Assembly: GCA_000431335.1 (NCBI GenBank)
Contig: FR888054.1
Coordinates: 10,410-74,409, forward strand
Reading direction: 5' to 3'
Origin: Clostridium sp. CAG:343
Lineage (GTDB): Bacteria > Bacillota > Clostridia > TANB77 > CAG-508
Length of the DNA: 64,000 bases
How positions within the stretch are numbered: the stretch's first letter is position 1; each line of letters starts with the position of its first letter. This document shows, piece after piece, positions 48,617 through 58,794 of this stretch. The notes beneath the pieces are model-generated. The model worked only from the letters and a program-made list of their open reading frames with translations, was not told the origin of the DNA and made no database searches. The translations under genes and the position numbers were made by a program.

Positions 48617-51600
48617 TTAACCTAATAAATATTTAACAAATTCTGTAGTATCATTTAAAACTTTTCTTTCACTACTTGTTCCTATATCTAATGTTATCAT
48701 TGGCTTTATTCCAGCTGAGAATTTTATCTTTGTTCCATATTTCTTTACCAATTGTGCTATATCTATTTTAAATTTATCTTCACTACTACTTGCTTTAAAT
48801 GTAAATACTACTGCATTTTTTCTACTTGCAATTTTTTCTATATCTAATTTCTTTGATATATATTTTATTCTTGCTATATCAATTAAATTTTCTAATTCTT
48901 TTGGCATGTTTCCAAATCTATCTATAATTTCATCAATGACATTTTGAATATCTTCTTCATTTCTACATAATGCAATATTTTGATATACTTCTATTTTTTG
49001 ATTTGAATCGCTTATATATTCGTCTGGAATATAACTTGTTACATTTAAATCAATTTGAATTTCTGTTTCTGGCCTTACTTCTATACCCTTCATTTCTTTT
49101 ACTACTTCATCTAGTAAATTGCAATACGTATCATAACCAACTTGCTCTAAATGTCCTGACTGTATTTCTCCTAGTAAACTTCCTGCTCCACGAATTTCTA
49201 AATCTCTCATTGCTATTTTAAATCCAGATCCGAATTCAGTAAATTCCTTGATTGCCTTTAATCTTTTATCTGCAACTTCTGAAAGTAATTTATCTCTTTT
49301 ATAAGTAATATATGCATATGCTTGCCTATCACTTCTACCTACTCTACCTCTGATTTGATACAATTGTGCTAATCCCATTCTATCGGCATTTTCTACAATT
49401 ATAGTATTAGCATTTGGAATATCAATACCTGATTCTAAAATAGTAGTACATACTAACACATTTGATTTTTTATCTATAAAATCTTGCATAATTTCTTCAA
49501 TTTTTGTCCCTGACATTTGACCATGTGCATAAGCAACATTTGCTTCTGGCACTAAATTTGAAATTTGACTTGCTTTTCTTTCTATACCTTCCACATTATT
49601 AAATAGATAAAATACCTGACCTTCCCTTTCTAATTCTTTAGTAATTGCTTCTTTTATAACTTCTTCATCATATTCTAACACATATGTTTGAACAGGTCTC
49701 CTATTACGTGGAGGTTCGTATATAACAGACATGTCTCTTATTCCTACAATTGACATATGCATAGTTCTTGGAATAGGGGTTGCTGTCATTGTTAAAACGT
49801 CTACATTAGTTTTTAATTGTTTTATTTTTTCTTTTGCTTTTACTCCAAAACGATGCTCTTCATCTATTATTAATAATCCTAAATCCTTAAATTCTACATC
49901 TTTGCTAAGTAATCTATGTGTTCCTACTACAATATCAATTTCTCCTAAAGCTAAATTCTTAACAACTTCAGATTGATATTTTTTACTTTTAAATCTATTC
50001 AATATGTCAACTTTTATTGGATAATCTTTCATTCTTTCTTTGAATTCTTGATATTGTTGTTGAGCTAAGACAGTTGTTGGAGCTAAATATGCTACTTGCT
50101 TTCCATCCATTGTGGCTTTAAATGCTGCTCTAATTGCAACTTCTGTTTTGCCATAACCAACATCACCGCAAAGTAGTCTATCCATTGGTCTTTGACTTTC
50201 CATATCTTTTTTTACTTCTTCAATACATCTTAATTGATCCTCTGTTTCTTGATATGGAAATTTTCCCTCAAATTCATTCTGCCATGGAGTATCTTTTCCA
50301 AAACAATATCCTAAAGCTTTTTCTCTTTTAGCATATAATTCTATTAAATCTTTTGCGACTTCTCTTAAATTTTTCTTTACTTTAGATTTCGTTTTTTCCC
50401 AGTCTTTACTTCCTAATTTATTAATTTTAGGTTGTATTGCATCTCCTCCAACATACTTTCTTATTGAATCCATATCGTTTGTTGGTATATATAAAATATC
50501 ATCATCTTGGTATTTTATTTTAATGTAATCTTTAATAGTTCCATCTGCTTTTATTGTATTTACTCCTATATAAATTCCAATTCCATACTTCTTATGTACA
50601 ACATAATCTCCTATTTTTAAATCTGCAAATACAACTTTTTCTCCTTCTTTATAAGCTGTTGGTATATATTTTCTTTTTGTTTTTTCTTCACTAATTAATT
50701 CATCTGCAATAATTACAATTTGATTTAATTCATGATTTTCAAATCCAGAAGATAGTTTTCCAACAGAAATTGTTATAATACTTTCTATTGATGAAACTAT
50801 TATTGTTTTATCTAGCTTTTCTTCTATTCTACAGATTATTTCTCTTTTTTTTAGTATTTGTTTTAATTTTTTAGCTTTTTCTTTTGTTTCTAATAAAATA
50901 TAAACCTTCTTTTTTTCATTAATTGCTTTTTCTAAATCTGTAAATAAGTTATCTATCTCACTTTTAAAATAATTTATTTCTCGATAATTAAATTTATATT
51001 TTTCTGCTTGTACTTTTATATTAGTATCTTGCTTTTCTATATATATCAACTGTCTTTTTTCTAAAATTTTATTTATATTTTCTATTTTTATCATATTCGA
51101 AATTGCATTTGGCACTATTTTCTTTTTTTCAATTAAAGCTATCTTTAAATTTTTATTATCTTCTTGTATATTTTTTGCTCTCTGATTAATTTTTCCTATT
51201 TCATCTAAAAATATACAATAATTATTATTTAGATAATCTAATATCGTTCCTTGCTTTTCATAGAAACTGTCAAAATATTTATCAATTTTACTAATATAAT
51301 TTCCAGCTTTTATTTGTTCTATATCTTCTTCTATTATTTCTTTATTTGCATTATCTTTTTTTATTTTATCGCAGATTTCTTCTATCCCTTTCTCTAGCAC
51401 ATATTCATGAGCAGGATATATAATTACATTTTCTTTTGTATTAATTGATCTTTGTGTAGAAATATTAAAGTCACGAATAGAGTCTATCTCATCTCCCCAA
51501 AACTCAATTCTTATTCCTGTTTTATAACTAATTGAAATATCAACAATTCCGCCTCTTATACTAAATTGTCCTCTTCCTTCAATCAATTCACATCTGGTAT

Positions 51601-52078
51601 ATCCAAGTTCTACTAATTTTTGTTTTAATTTGTCTAAATTGAAACTATCTCCTATCTTAAATTTTAGTTTATTTTTATATAGTTTATCTTTTGCTGGTAA
51701 TTTTTGCATTATTGCTTCTATGGTTGTTACTACAATTAAATTTCTTTTTGATTGTATTTCATTTAATGTCTCTATTCTTCTATATGGCAAATCTTTACTT
51801 TCTGCAATATAATCATATGTAACTATTTCTTTTTTTGGAAATAATACAACATTCTCTGTAAAATATTTGACATTTTCATATATTTTCTTAGCTTGTATTT
51901 CGTTATAAGTAATAATACAAATTGGCTTTTTCCCAAATTGATTTATAGCTGTTTCAATTTGCACTGCTCCCACGTCATTTAAGCCCGATATTGCTATCGG
52001 ACTTTGTTTATTTTCTATTTGATTTAGTAATTCTTTAAACTTTTGGCTTTTTCCAAGCTCTCCTAATATTTGATTCAT
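48617..52078 (-). CDS. mfd: transcription-repair coupling factor
   Basis: 1153 aa. GDVGYGKTEVA, IIDEEHRFGV, TATPIPRT helicase motifs, plus a UvrB-like N-terminus and a CarD-like domain. Confidence 0.9.
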   Translation of the reverse strand: MNQILGELGKSQKFKELLNQIENKQSPIAISGLNDVGAVQIETAINQFGKKPICIITYNEIQAKKIYENVKYFTENVVLFPKKEIVTYDYIAESKDLPYRRIETLNEIQSKRNLIVVTTIEAIMQKLPAKDKLYKNKLKFKIGDSFNLDKLKQKLVELGYTRCELIEGRGQFSIRGGIVDISISYKTGIRIEFWGDEIDSIRDFNISTQRSINTKENVIIYPAHEYVLEKGIEEICDKIKKDNANKEIIEEDIEQIKAGNYISKIDKYFDSFYEKQGTILDYLNNNYCIFLDEIGKINQRAKNIQEDNKNLKIALIEKKKIVPNAISNMIKIENINKILEKRQLIYIEKQDTNIKVQAEKYKFNYREINYFKSEIDNLFTDLEKAINEKKKVYILLETKEKAKKLKQILKKREIICRIEEKLDKTIIVSSIESIITISVGKLSSGFENHELNQIVIIADELISEEKTKRKYIPTAYKEGEKVVFADLKIGDYVVHKKYGIGIYIGVNTIKADGTIKDYIKIKYQDDDILYIPTNDMDSIRKYVGGDAIQPKINKLGSKDWEKTKSKVKKNLREVAKDLIELYAKREKALGYCFGKDTPWQNEFEGKFPYQETEDQLRCIEEVKKDMESQRPMDRLLCGDVGYGKTEVAIRAAFKATMDGKQVAYLAPTTVLAQQQYQEFKERMKDYPIKVDILNRFKSKKYQSEVVKNLALGEIDIVVGTHRLLSKDVEFKDLGLLIIDEEHRFGVKAKEKIKQLKTNVDVLTMTATPIPRTMHMSIVGIRDMSVIYEPPRNRRPVQTYVLEYDEEVIKEAITKELEREGQVFYLFNNVEGIERKASQISNLVPEANVAYAHGQMSGTKIEEIMQDFIDKKSNVLVCTTILESGIDIPNANTIIVENADRMGLAQLYQIRGRVGRSDRQAYAYITYKRDKLLSEVADKRLKAIKEFTEFGSGFKIAMRDLEIRGAGSLLGEIQSGHLEQVGYDTYCNLLDEVVKEMKGIEVRPETEIQIDLNVTSYIPDEYISDSNQKIEVYQNIALCRNEEDIQNVIDEIIDRFGNMPKELENLIDIARIKYISKKLDIEKIASRKNAVVFTFKASSSEDKFKIDIAQLVKKYGTKIKFSAGIKPMITLDIGTSSERKVLNDTTEFVKYLLG

Positions 52079-52150
52079 TTTTTTCTCCTAGCATAACACT
52101 TTAGATGTTTTATATTATACTACACTTTTTATAAAAAATAAAGTACTTCA

Positions 52151-52537
52151 TTATGAAGCACTTTTTTGCTCTGTTATTTCTTCTTTTTTCTTATCTACTA
52201 CTTTTTTTGACTCTTTGCCCATTTCAAAAAGAATCCATGCACAATAAGCAATAAAAAATATTCCTGCTATCATATTTGCAACATTAAATGTTAGCATATA
52301 AAGTAATCCTGTTAATACTCCTATAATTGCTCCTGATTTTTTCTTATTTAATGATAAAAGCATATATGCTAAAATTAATATAAGAAGTCCTACTGCAATA
52401 AATGATGTTTCTAACTTTGATAGTTGATTATATAAATTTGGTCTAAGTCCTACTACATCGATAAGTGCTAATGCTTGTAATGTAAGTAAAATAACTCCCC
52501 AAATTACTACAACTGACTTGTATTTTTTCTCGTTCAT
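52151..52537 (-). CDS. small membrane protein (4 TM), unknown function
   Basis: 128 aa with hydrophobic blocks and a K/E-rich tail. Confidence 0.45.
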   Translation of the reverse strand: MNEKKYKSVVVIWGVILLTLQALALIDVVGLRPNLYNQLSKLETSFIAVGLLILILAYMLLSLNKKKSGAIIGVLTGLLYMLTFNVANMIAGIFFIAYCAWILFEMGKESKKVVDKKKEEITEQKSAS

Positions 52538-52615
52538 TTTTCATTCTCCTTTCTTTTGTATACAAATTTTATATCAAATTGTTAATATTTTGTCAATTAT
52601 TTGACATTATTTTTT

Positions 52616-54587
52616 CTATATTTTTACTACTAATCTATCAAATTTTGAATAAATATACTTTTCTAATTTTCCCATAAATTCTTTAGGCTCTATTTTTTTC
52701 TTTGCTACCATATCTAATCCTTTCTCCCAGCTGGCTGTTAATTTAGGATTTAACATATCTGGCATTGATTGATATACAATATCATAAATTAATTCTCCTT
52801 TTTTAGTAGGTGTAATAATCTGAGTTTTTGTATTAATTTCTATGTATTTTATTTTTTCAAGTTTTTTCATTATTTCTGCCCTTGTAGCACTTGTTCCAAT
52901 GCCTGCACCTTTTATTTGCTCTCTTAATTCTTCTTCCTCTATTAGCTTTCCTGCATTTTCCATTGCCAATATAATAGAACCTGAATTATATCTAGTTGGT
53001 GGAGATGTTTCTGCTTCTTTTAATTCAAAGTTTCTAATCTCTACTTCCTGTCCTTTTTTTAAATTTTTTAAGATTTCTAAATCATTTTGTTTTTCTTCTT
53101 CATTTGAATTATCCACTTTTTCTCCATTTTTTGTTATTCTCTTTTCTTCCGGTTTTAATATTTCTAAAAATCCTTTATTTATACAAACTTTCCCACTACA
53201 ATTGAAGATTTCTATCGTCTTTTCATCTTCTATCTCAACTGTTACCTGAATTTTATTATATTCTGCTGGTGGATAAAAAATAGCTAAAAATCTAGATACT
53301 ATTACTTTATATACTTTTTTGTGTAATTCTGGTAAATTATTATAATTTTCATATCCTTGACCAGTTGGAATAATAGCATAATGGTCTGTTATTTTGCTAT
53401 CATTTACATATTTTGTTTTTATTATGTTAGTAGAATATTTTTCATCTACCATTTTTCTTATATATCCTTGCACTTCTTCGTCTTTATATCCTCTAGCTAT
53501 TCCATTTAAGTTCTTTGTAATTTCTTTTGCTACTGCTGTAGAAAGTACTCTAGCATCTGTTCTTGGATAAGTTACTAATTTTTTTTCATATAAATTTTGT
53601 ATTATTTCTAGCGTCTCATCTGGTTTTATCTTAAATCTTTTAGTACATTGATTTTGTATTTCAGCTAAGTTAAATAATAATGGTGCATTTTCTTTTTGTT
53701 TTGATTTTTTTAAATTTGCTATTTTCGCTATTTTGCCTTGAAGACTTTGTATAAATTGTTTTGCATCATCCTCTTTTTTAAATCCTGATTCATTGTATAA
53801 TTTATTTGATTCAAACATTTTTGATCTTTCTGTTGATTTCCACTCAGCTTGAAAAGATGATTGTTCATCTCCAAATTCTCCGAATAATTTTATAATACTT
53901 TGTTTTTACAAAGTTTCTAATTTCTCTTTCTCTTGCAACGATCATACCTAGGACACAAGTCATAACACGTCCTACTGAAATAGAAGCTCTTTCTTCATTT
54001 ATTTTACTTGCTAAATTTCTTCCATATATAATTGACAATAATCTTGAAAAATTAATTCCTATTAAATAATCCTCTTTAGCTCTTAAATATGCACTATCTG
54101 ATAAACTATCATATTCAGATAAATCTTTTGCTTCTCTAATACCTCTTAAAATTTCTTCTTCTGTTTGTGAATCAATCCATACTCTTTTCATTTTTGCATT
54201 TGGATTAGGGTGTGCCATCATAAATACTAATCTTTGAATATATTCTCCCTCTCTTCCTGAATCTCCTGCATTATAAATTTCTTCTATATCTTCTCTTTGC
54301 ATTAGTCCTTTAACTATATTAAATTGATTTTCTACTTGAGGTATAATTTCATATTTCCAATCTGAAGGGATAAATGGTAATGTGTCTAATCTCCAAAATT
54401 TTAGTTTTTCATCATATTTTTCTGGGTAGCTCATAGTTACTAAATGTCCTACACACCATGTAATTATCCATTTTTCTGATTCTAAATATCCATTTTTTCG
54501 ATTAGTTGTTATTTTTAGTGCTTTTGCAAATTCCATTGCAACTGATGGTTTTTCGGTTATTAATAATTTCTTGCCCAATTTTATCAT
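52616..54587 (-). CDS. topB: DNA topoisomerase III (type IA); reading frame requires a +1 shift at CGG 53882-53880
   Basis: LLITEKPSVAMEFAKAL Toprim start. ...FVKTKYYKII continues as GEFGDEQSSFQAEWKSTERSKMFES... in the +1 frame. ..YPRTDARVL.. contains the catalytic Tyr region. The span is 3n+1. Confidence 0.85.
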
Positions 54588-54590
54588 CCT

Positions 54591-55358
54591 TTATTTTGTT
54601 TTTTCTTTTATATATTTTTTTGCTGTATCATAAATTAAATTATATCTTTTCATTGTGTCATTATCAGTAAATGTATGTCTTTTATAAATTTTATCTAAAT
54701 ATTGTTTATTATTAACATATTCATAACTAAAGTTAAAATTAAAATCATAAATATATGCAAAATGTGCGATTACCCTGTCTACATTGGTTTGTATTTTTTC
54801 ATAATCAAGTAATTTCATTTGCATAAATTCTTCATAAATTTTATCTGTTATTTTTTCATCTGATATATCATCTTTGTTAAAGACTGTCCTTTTTTCTTCA
54901 AAAGTCATAATATAAAGTATATCTATTTTATCAGCATCTCTAATAATTTTTGAATGAAGTAATTCTTTTGGATTTAGCCCTTTTTCTATTTCTTTTCTAT
55001 TATGATTTAAAATTGCTTTTTTTATAATTTCGTCATATTTCGCAGATTCTATAAAATTTCTTATTTTTCCCTGTTTGAATAAAATTTCTACTCCAAGTTT
55101 ACCATGATCAATGCTATCTTTATCTGAAAAAGTATTGTATTGCTTTATTTGTTCAAATCTTCCTATATCATGTAACAAACCTATTAACTTTGCTAATTCT
55201 ATGTTTTCTTTATCTAAATTTAAATTTTCTGATATTATCCCTGATATTTCTGAAACCCTTTTAATATGTTCTATTTTTAAAGCAATCTTTTTATCCTCTG
55301 AGTTATAATTTTTAACATACTTATCAAATTCCTCATTAGCTTTTTTTAAATCTATCAT
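54591..55358 (-). CDS. HD-domain phosphohydrolase
   Basis: IGLLHDIGRFEQ and RDADKIDI motifs. ATG 55358 follows AGAGGTGGA. Confidence 0.7.
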   Translation of the reverse strand: MIDLKKANEEFDKYVKNYNSEDKKIALKIEHIKRVSEISGIISENLNLDKENIELAKLIGLLHDIGRFEQIKQYNTFSDKDSIDHGKLGVEILFKQGKIRNFIESAKYDEIIKKAILNHNRKEIEKGLNPKELLHSKIIRDADKIDILYIMTFEEKRTVFNKDDISDEKITDKIYEEFMQMKLLDYEKIQTNVDRVIAHFAYIYDFNFNFSYEYVNNKQYLDKIYKRHTFTDNDTMKRYNLIYDTAKKYIKEKTK

Positions 55359-55424
55359 GTTTCCACCTCTTTCAACGCATTGTATCATTTTTCATTTTTT
55401 TATTCAAGAGTCTGTTTCTTATTT

Positions 55425-56015
55425 TATGAGATGTTCATGGGTCCTTTTGATCAAACAGCTCCTTGGTCTATGGAAAGTATTAGAGGTTGTGCAAAATTTT
55501 TAGATAGAGTTTGGAATTTACAAACAATATTAATCGATGGAAATGAATATTCTGCTAAATTTGAACAAATGATGCATAAAGCTATAAAAAAAGTTTCTTC
55601 TGATATTGAAGATATGAAATTTAATACTTGTATTTCTACCTTTATGACAATGGTTAATGAATTTTATAAAGAAAAATCAATTAACAAAGCTGAATTTAAA
55701 ACATTTTTGCAATTATTAAATCCTTTTGCTCCACATATGACTGAGGAATTACTACATACTGTACTTGGTGAGTCAAATGATTTTGCTTATATGGATTGGC
55801 CTGAATATGACGAATCTAAGACTATTGCTAATGAAATAACATTGCCTATTCAATTCAATGGAAAATTAAAAGGAACTGTTCAAATTCTACTTAATGAAGA
55901 TGAAACTTCAGTTAAAGAAAAAGTTCATAATGTTGTTGATTCAAAACTTAATGGAAAAAATATTATTAAAGAAATATATGTAAAAAATAAAATTTATAAT
56001 ATTGTTGTAAAATAA
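55425..56015 (+). pseudogene. leuS: orphan C-terminal fragment (about 195 codons) of leucyl-tRNA synthetase
   Basis: YEMFMGPFDQTAPWSMESIRGCAKFLDRVWNL...FAPHMTEELLHTV...IVVK matches the LeuRS anticodon-binding/C-terminal region. The catalytic roughly 600 aa are absent; the upstream sequence is the divergent HD gene. Confidence 0.7.
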
Positions 56016-56308
56016 TAAATTTTAAATAAAATAATTAAAAGCCTATTAGATTAGAATATTTATCTTATAGGCTTTTATATAGCTTTAAGCTTATTTTTTA
56101 AATAAAAAATTTTGTAGTTTTTCTCCATGTTCTACTTCAATTTTAGCTACTGTTTTACTTATTTTTCGTAATTCAATTTTTATTTTTTCCATTTTTTCTT
56201 GTTATTTTATTTTTTGTAACTAAACTGTAATTAATATTTAATATTTCTGAAATACATTTACTTGTTATTTATAGTATAATATTGTTATATAATTAAGGAG
56301 AATAATAA

Positions 56309-57410
56309 ATGAGCGTAGAATCAGATTTAAAAAAAGATGGAATTATAATTACAAATAAATTAGATACTTTAAAAATAAATTCGATTGCAAGAAATGTTGC
56401 TGTAAAAATATGTGATACATTTCCTCAATTTTGCTTAAACCAAAATGAACTTTTTATTAAACTGTCTAGATTAAATATGTACAAAGCTAATATGCCAGAT
56501 GGAATGGCTGAGGCTAACTATTTTTATAAAAATTCTTCTATTTATTTTAATGAACACATCCAAGATGAAGATTTAGAAGAATTTGCTATTCATGAGTGTA
56601 TTCACTATATTCAAGAAGTAAAAGACAAAAAAAATTATTTAATTAGAATGGGACTTTGTGATTATACAGAATTTAAAATATACGGATTAGGACTAAATGA
56701 AGCCTCTGTACAACTTATGGCTTCAAAAATTAATGGTATTCCTAGAGATTTCGTTAAATATTTTGGAATTAGTTTTGAAACAATTAGTCCTTCTTATTAT
56801 CCTTTAGAATGTTGTCTTGTAAATCAAATGGCTTATATTACTGGTGAAGATGTTTTATTTGAGAGTACAATAAATAGTAATGATAATTTCAAAAAGAAAT
56901 TTGCTGATTTAACATCTCCTAAAATTTTTATGACAATACAAAATGCTATTGATGATATTTTTAATGATGAAGAATCTATTATAAAACTCAATAATAAAAT
57001 TGCGCGGTGTATCTGACAGAAATAAAAAAATTGATGGAATGTTAAAAAAGATTGATGAATTAAAAAGTGAGATAATGTTAACTTTTATGAGAACTCAAAA
57101 TCTAATTATTTCAAGTTATTTTGATAAAGCATTTGAAAATATTAGTAATTTGGAAGAAGTCGAAAATTATAGAAGAAAATTATATACTTTTAAAGATTAT
57201 TTGGGTTGTACTGAAGGATATACATTTTTTAATGATTACTATGTAAATAAAATGGAACAATTAGAAAATAAATATAATGCTTTAGAGAATGGCAATGTTG
57301 AAAATGCAATTAAACTTATTACTAAAAAGGAAAGTAAAATAATATCATTTTTTAAGGCTCTAAAAAAATTAATTTTTGGTGAAAAAAATGTTACTGAAAA
57401 AATAAATTAA
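56309..57410 (+). CDS. HExxH-motif protein (putative metallopeptidase-like); reading frame requires a +1 shift at CGG 57005-57007
   Basis: EEFAIHECIHYIQ (HExxH). ...KLNNKIA continues as GVSDRNKKIDGMLKKIDELK... in the +1 frame. The span is 3n+1. This is the only plus-strand example. Confidence 0.6.
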
Positions 57411-57435
57411 TGTTCACTTTAAAGTGAACATTAAT

Positions 57436-58716
57436 TTATTTTATTTTTTCTATAATCTTATTTGCAGCTTCTCTTCCTGAATATGCTGCCCATGCAACAG
57501 TTTTTCTAATACCTGCTAAATCTCCACATGCATATATTTTTGAATCTGAAGTTTGGTAATTCTCATCTATTTTAATATTTCCCCATTTATCCAATTTAAG
57601 CCCTAATTTTTGAACAAATGTTGCAGGTTCAGAACCTAAAGCCATTACAATATAATCCATACTAATTTTATAATTACTATTTTCAATATTTACTGGTACA
57701 AGCCTTGTTTCACTATCTTTTTGAATTAGCTTTGTTTCTATAAGTTCTAATTCCTTAACTTTATCATTTCCTATTATTTTTACAATATTATTTTGAAATA
57801 AAAATTTTATGCCTTCATCCATTGCATCTTTAATTTCTTTATTTTCAGCAGGCATTTGTTCTCTAGCTCTTCTATATATTACTGTAACTTCTTTTGCTCC
57901 TAGTCTCTTTATCGTTCTAGCACAATCCATAGCAACATTACCTCCACCAATTACAGCAACATACATTCCTTTATAATTAGGATGTCTATTATATTCTAAT
58001 AGCTCGTTTCCTCCAAAAACTCCTTGCAATTTTTCTCCTTCCACTCCCATTTTACAAGAAACATTGGCTCCAAATCCTAAAAGTATAGCATCATATTCTT
58101 CTTTTAAATCTTCTAAATTTAAATTTTTTCCTAATTCTTGATTATATTTTACCTCTATTCCTAACTCTAAAATGTTATTAATAGTCTTTTTTACTTCTTG
58201 TTTTGGTAATCTAAATTCTGGAATTCCATATATTAAAAGACCACCTAAATAACTATATTTTTCATATATAGTAACTTTAATACCGCTTTTGGCCAAAAAA
58301 GCACTAGCTGTTAAACCTGATGGTCCACCTCCAATTACAGCAACTCTTTTCTGTTCATTTTCTTTCTTATTTTGATTTATTTGTTTTTCCCAACATTTCT
58401 TTAAAGTTACTCCTTTTTCCATAGCTTGTTCAAATACAAATGATTCTAATTTTCCAATTGAAACCGGTTCACCTTTTATCCCTCTTATACATGATCCTTG
58501 ACATTGCTTGAAATGTGGACATATTTTTCCGCAAACCCCTGGCAATACTGTTGTCTCGCTTAAAATCTCATATGCCTTTTCGTAATTTTCTTTTTTTATT
58601 TGTTGAATAAATTCAGGTATATTATTACTTAATGGACAGCCTTTTTTTGAACATGGTTTAACCTTACAATTCAAACAGTAATTTGCTTCATCTCTTATTT
58701 TTTGAATTTTCTGCAT
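57436..58716 (-). CDS. GltD-like NAD(P)H-dependent Fe-S flavoprotein oxidoreductase (glutamate synthase small-subunit family)
   Basis: N-terminal Cys clusters (CLNCKVKPC..., CGKICPHFKQCQGSC), VAVIGGGPSGLTAS and VIGGGNVAMDCA dinucleotide folds. Confidence 0.75.
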   Translation of the reverse strand: MQKIQKIRDEANYCLNCKVKPCSKKGCPLSNNIPEFIQQIKKENYEKAYEILSETTVLPGVCGKICPHFKQCQGSCIRGIKGEPVSIGKLESFVFEQAMEKGVTLKKCWEKQINQNKKENEQKRVAVIGGGPSGLTASAFLAKSGIKVTIYEKYSYLGGLLIYGIPEFRLPKQEVKKTINNILELGIEVKYNQELGKNLNLEDLKEEYDAILLGFGANVSCKMGVEGEKLQGVFGGNELLEYNRHPNYKGMYVAVIGGGNVAMDCARTIKRLGAKEVTVIYRRAREQMPAENKEIKDAMDEGIKFLFQNNIVKIIGNDKVKELELIETKLIQKDSETRLVPVNIENSNYKISMDYIVMALGSEPATFVQKLGLKLDKWGNIKIDENYQTSDSKIYACGDLAGIRKTVAWAAYSGREAANKIIEKIK

Positions 58717-58794
58717 TTTTACTTCTCCTTTAGTAATCCTATATTTTTATGTGTATATTTTATAATAAATTTATAAATTATTCAATTTTACTGA

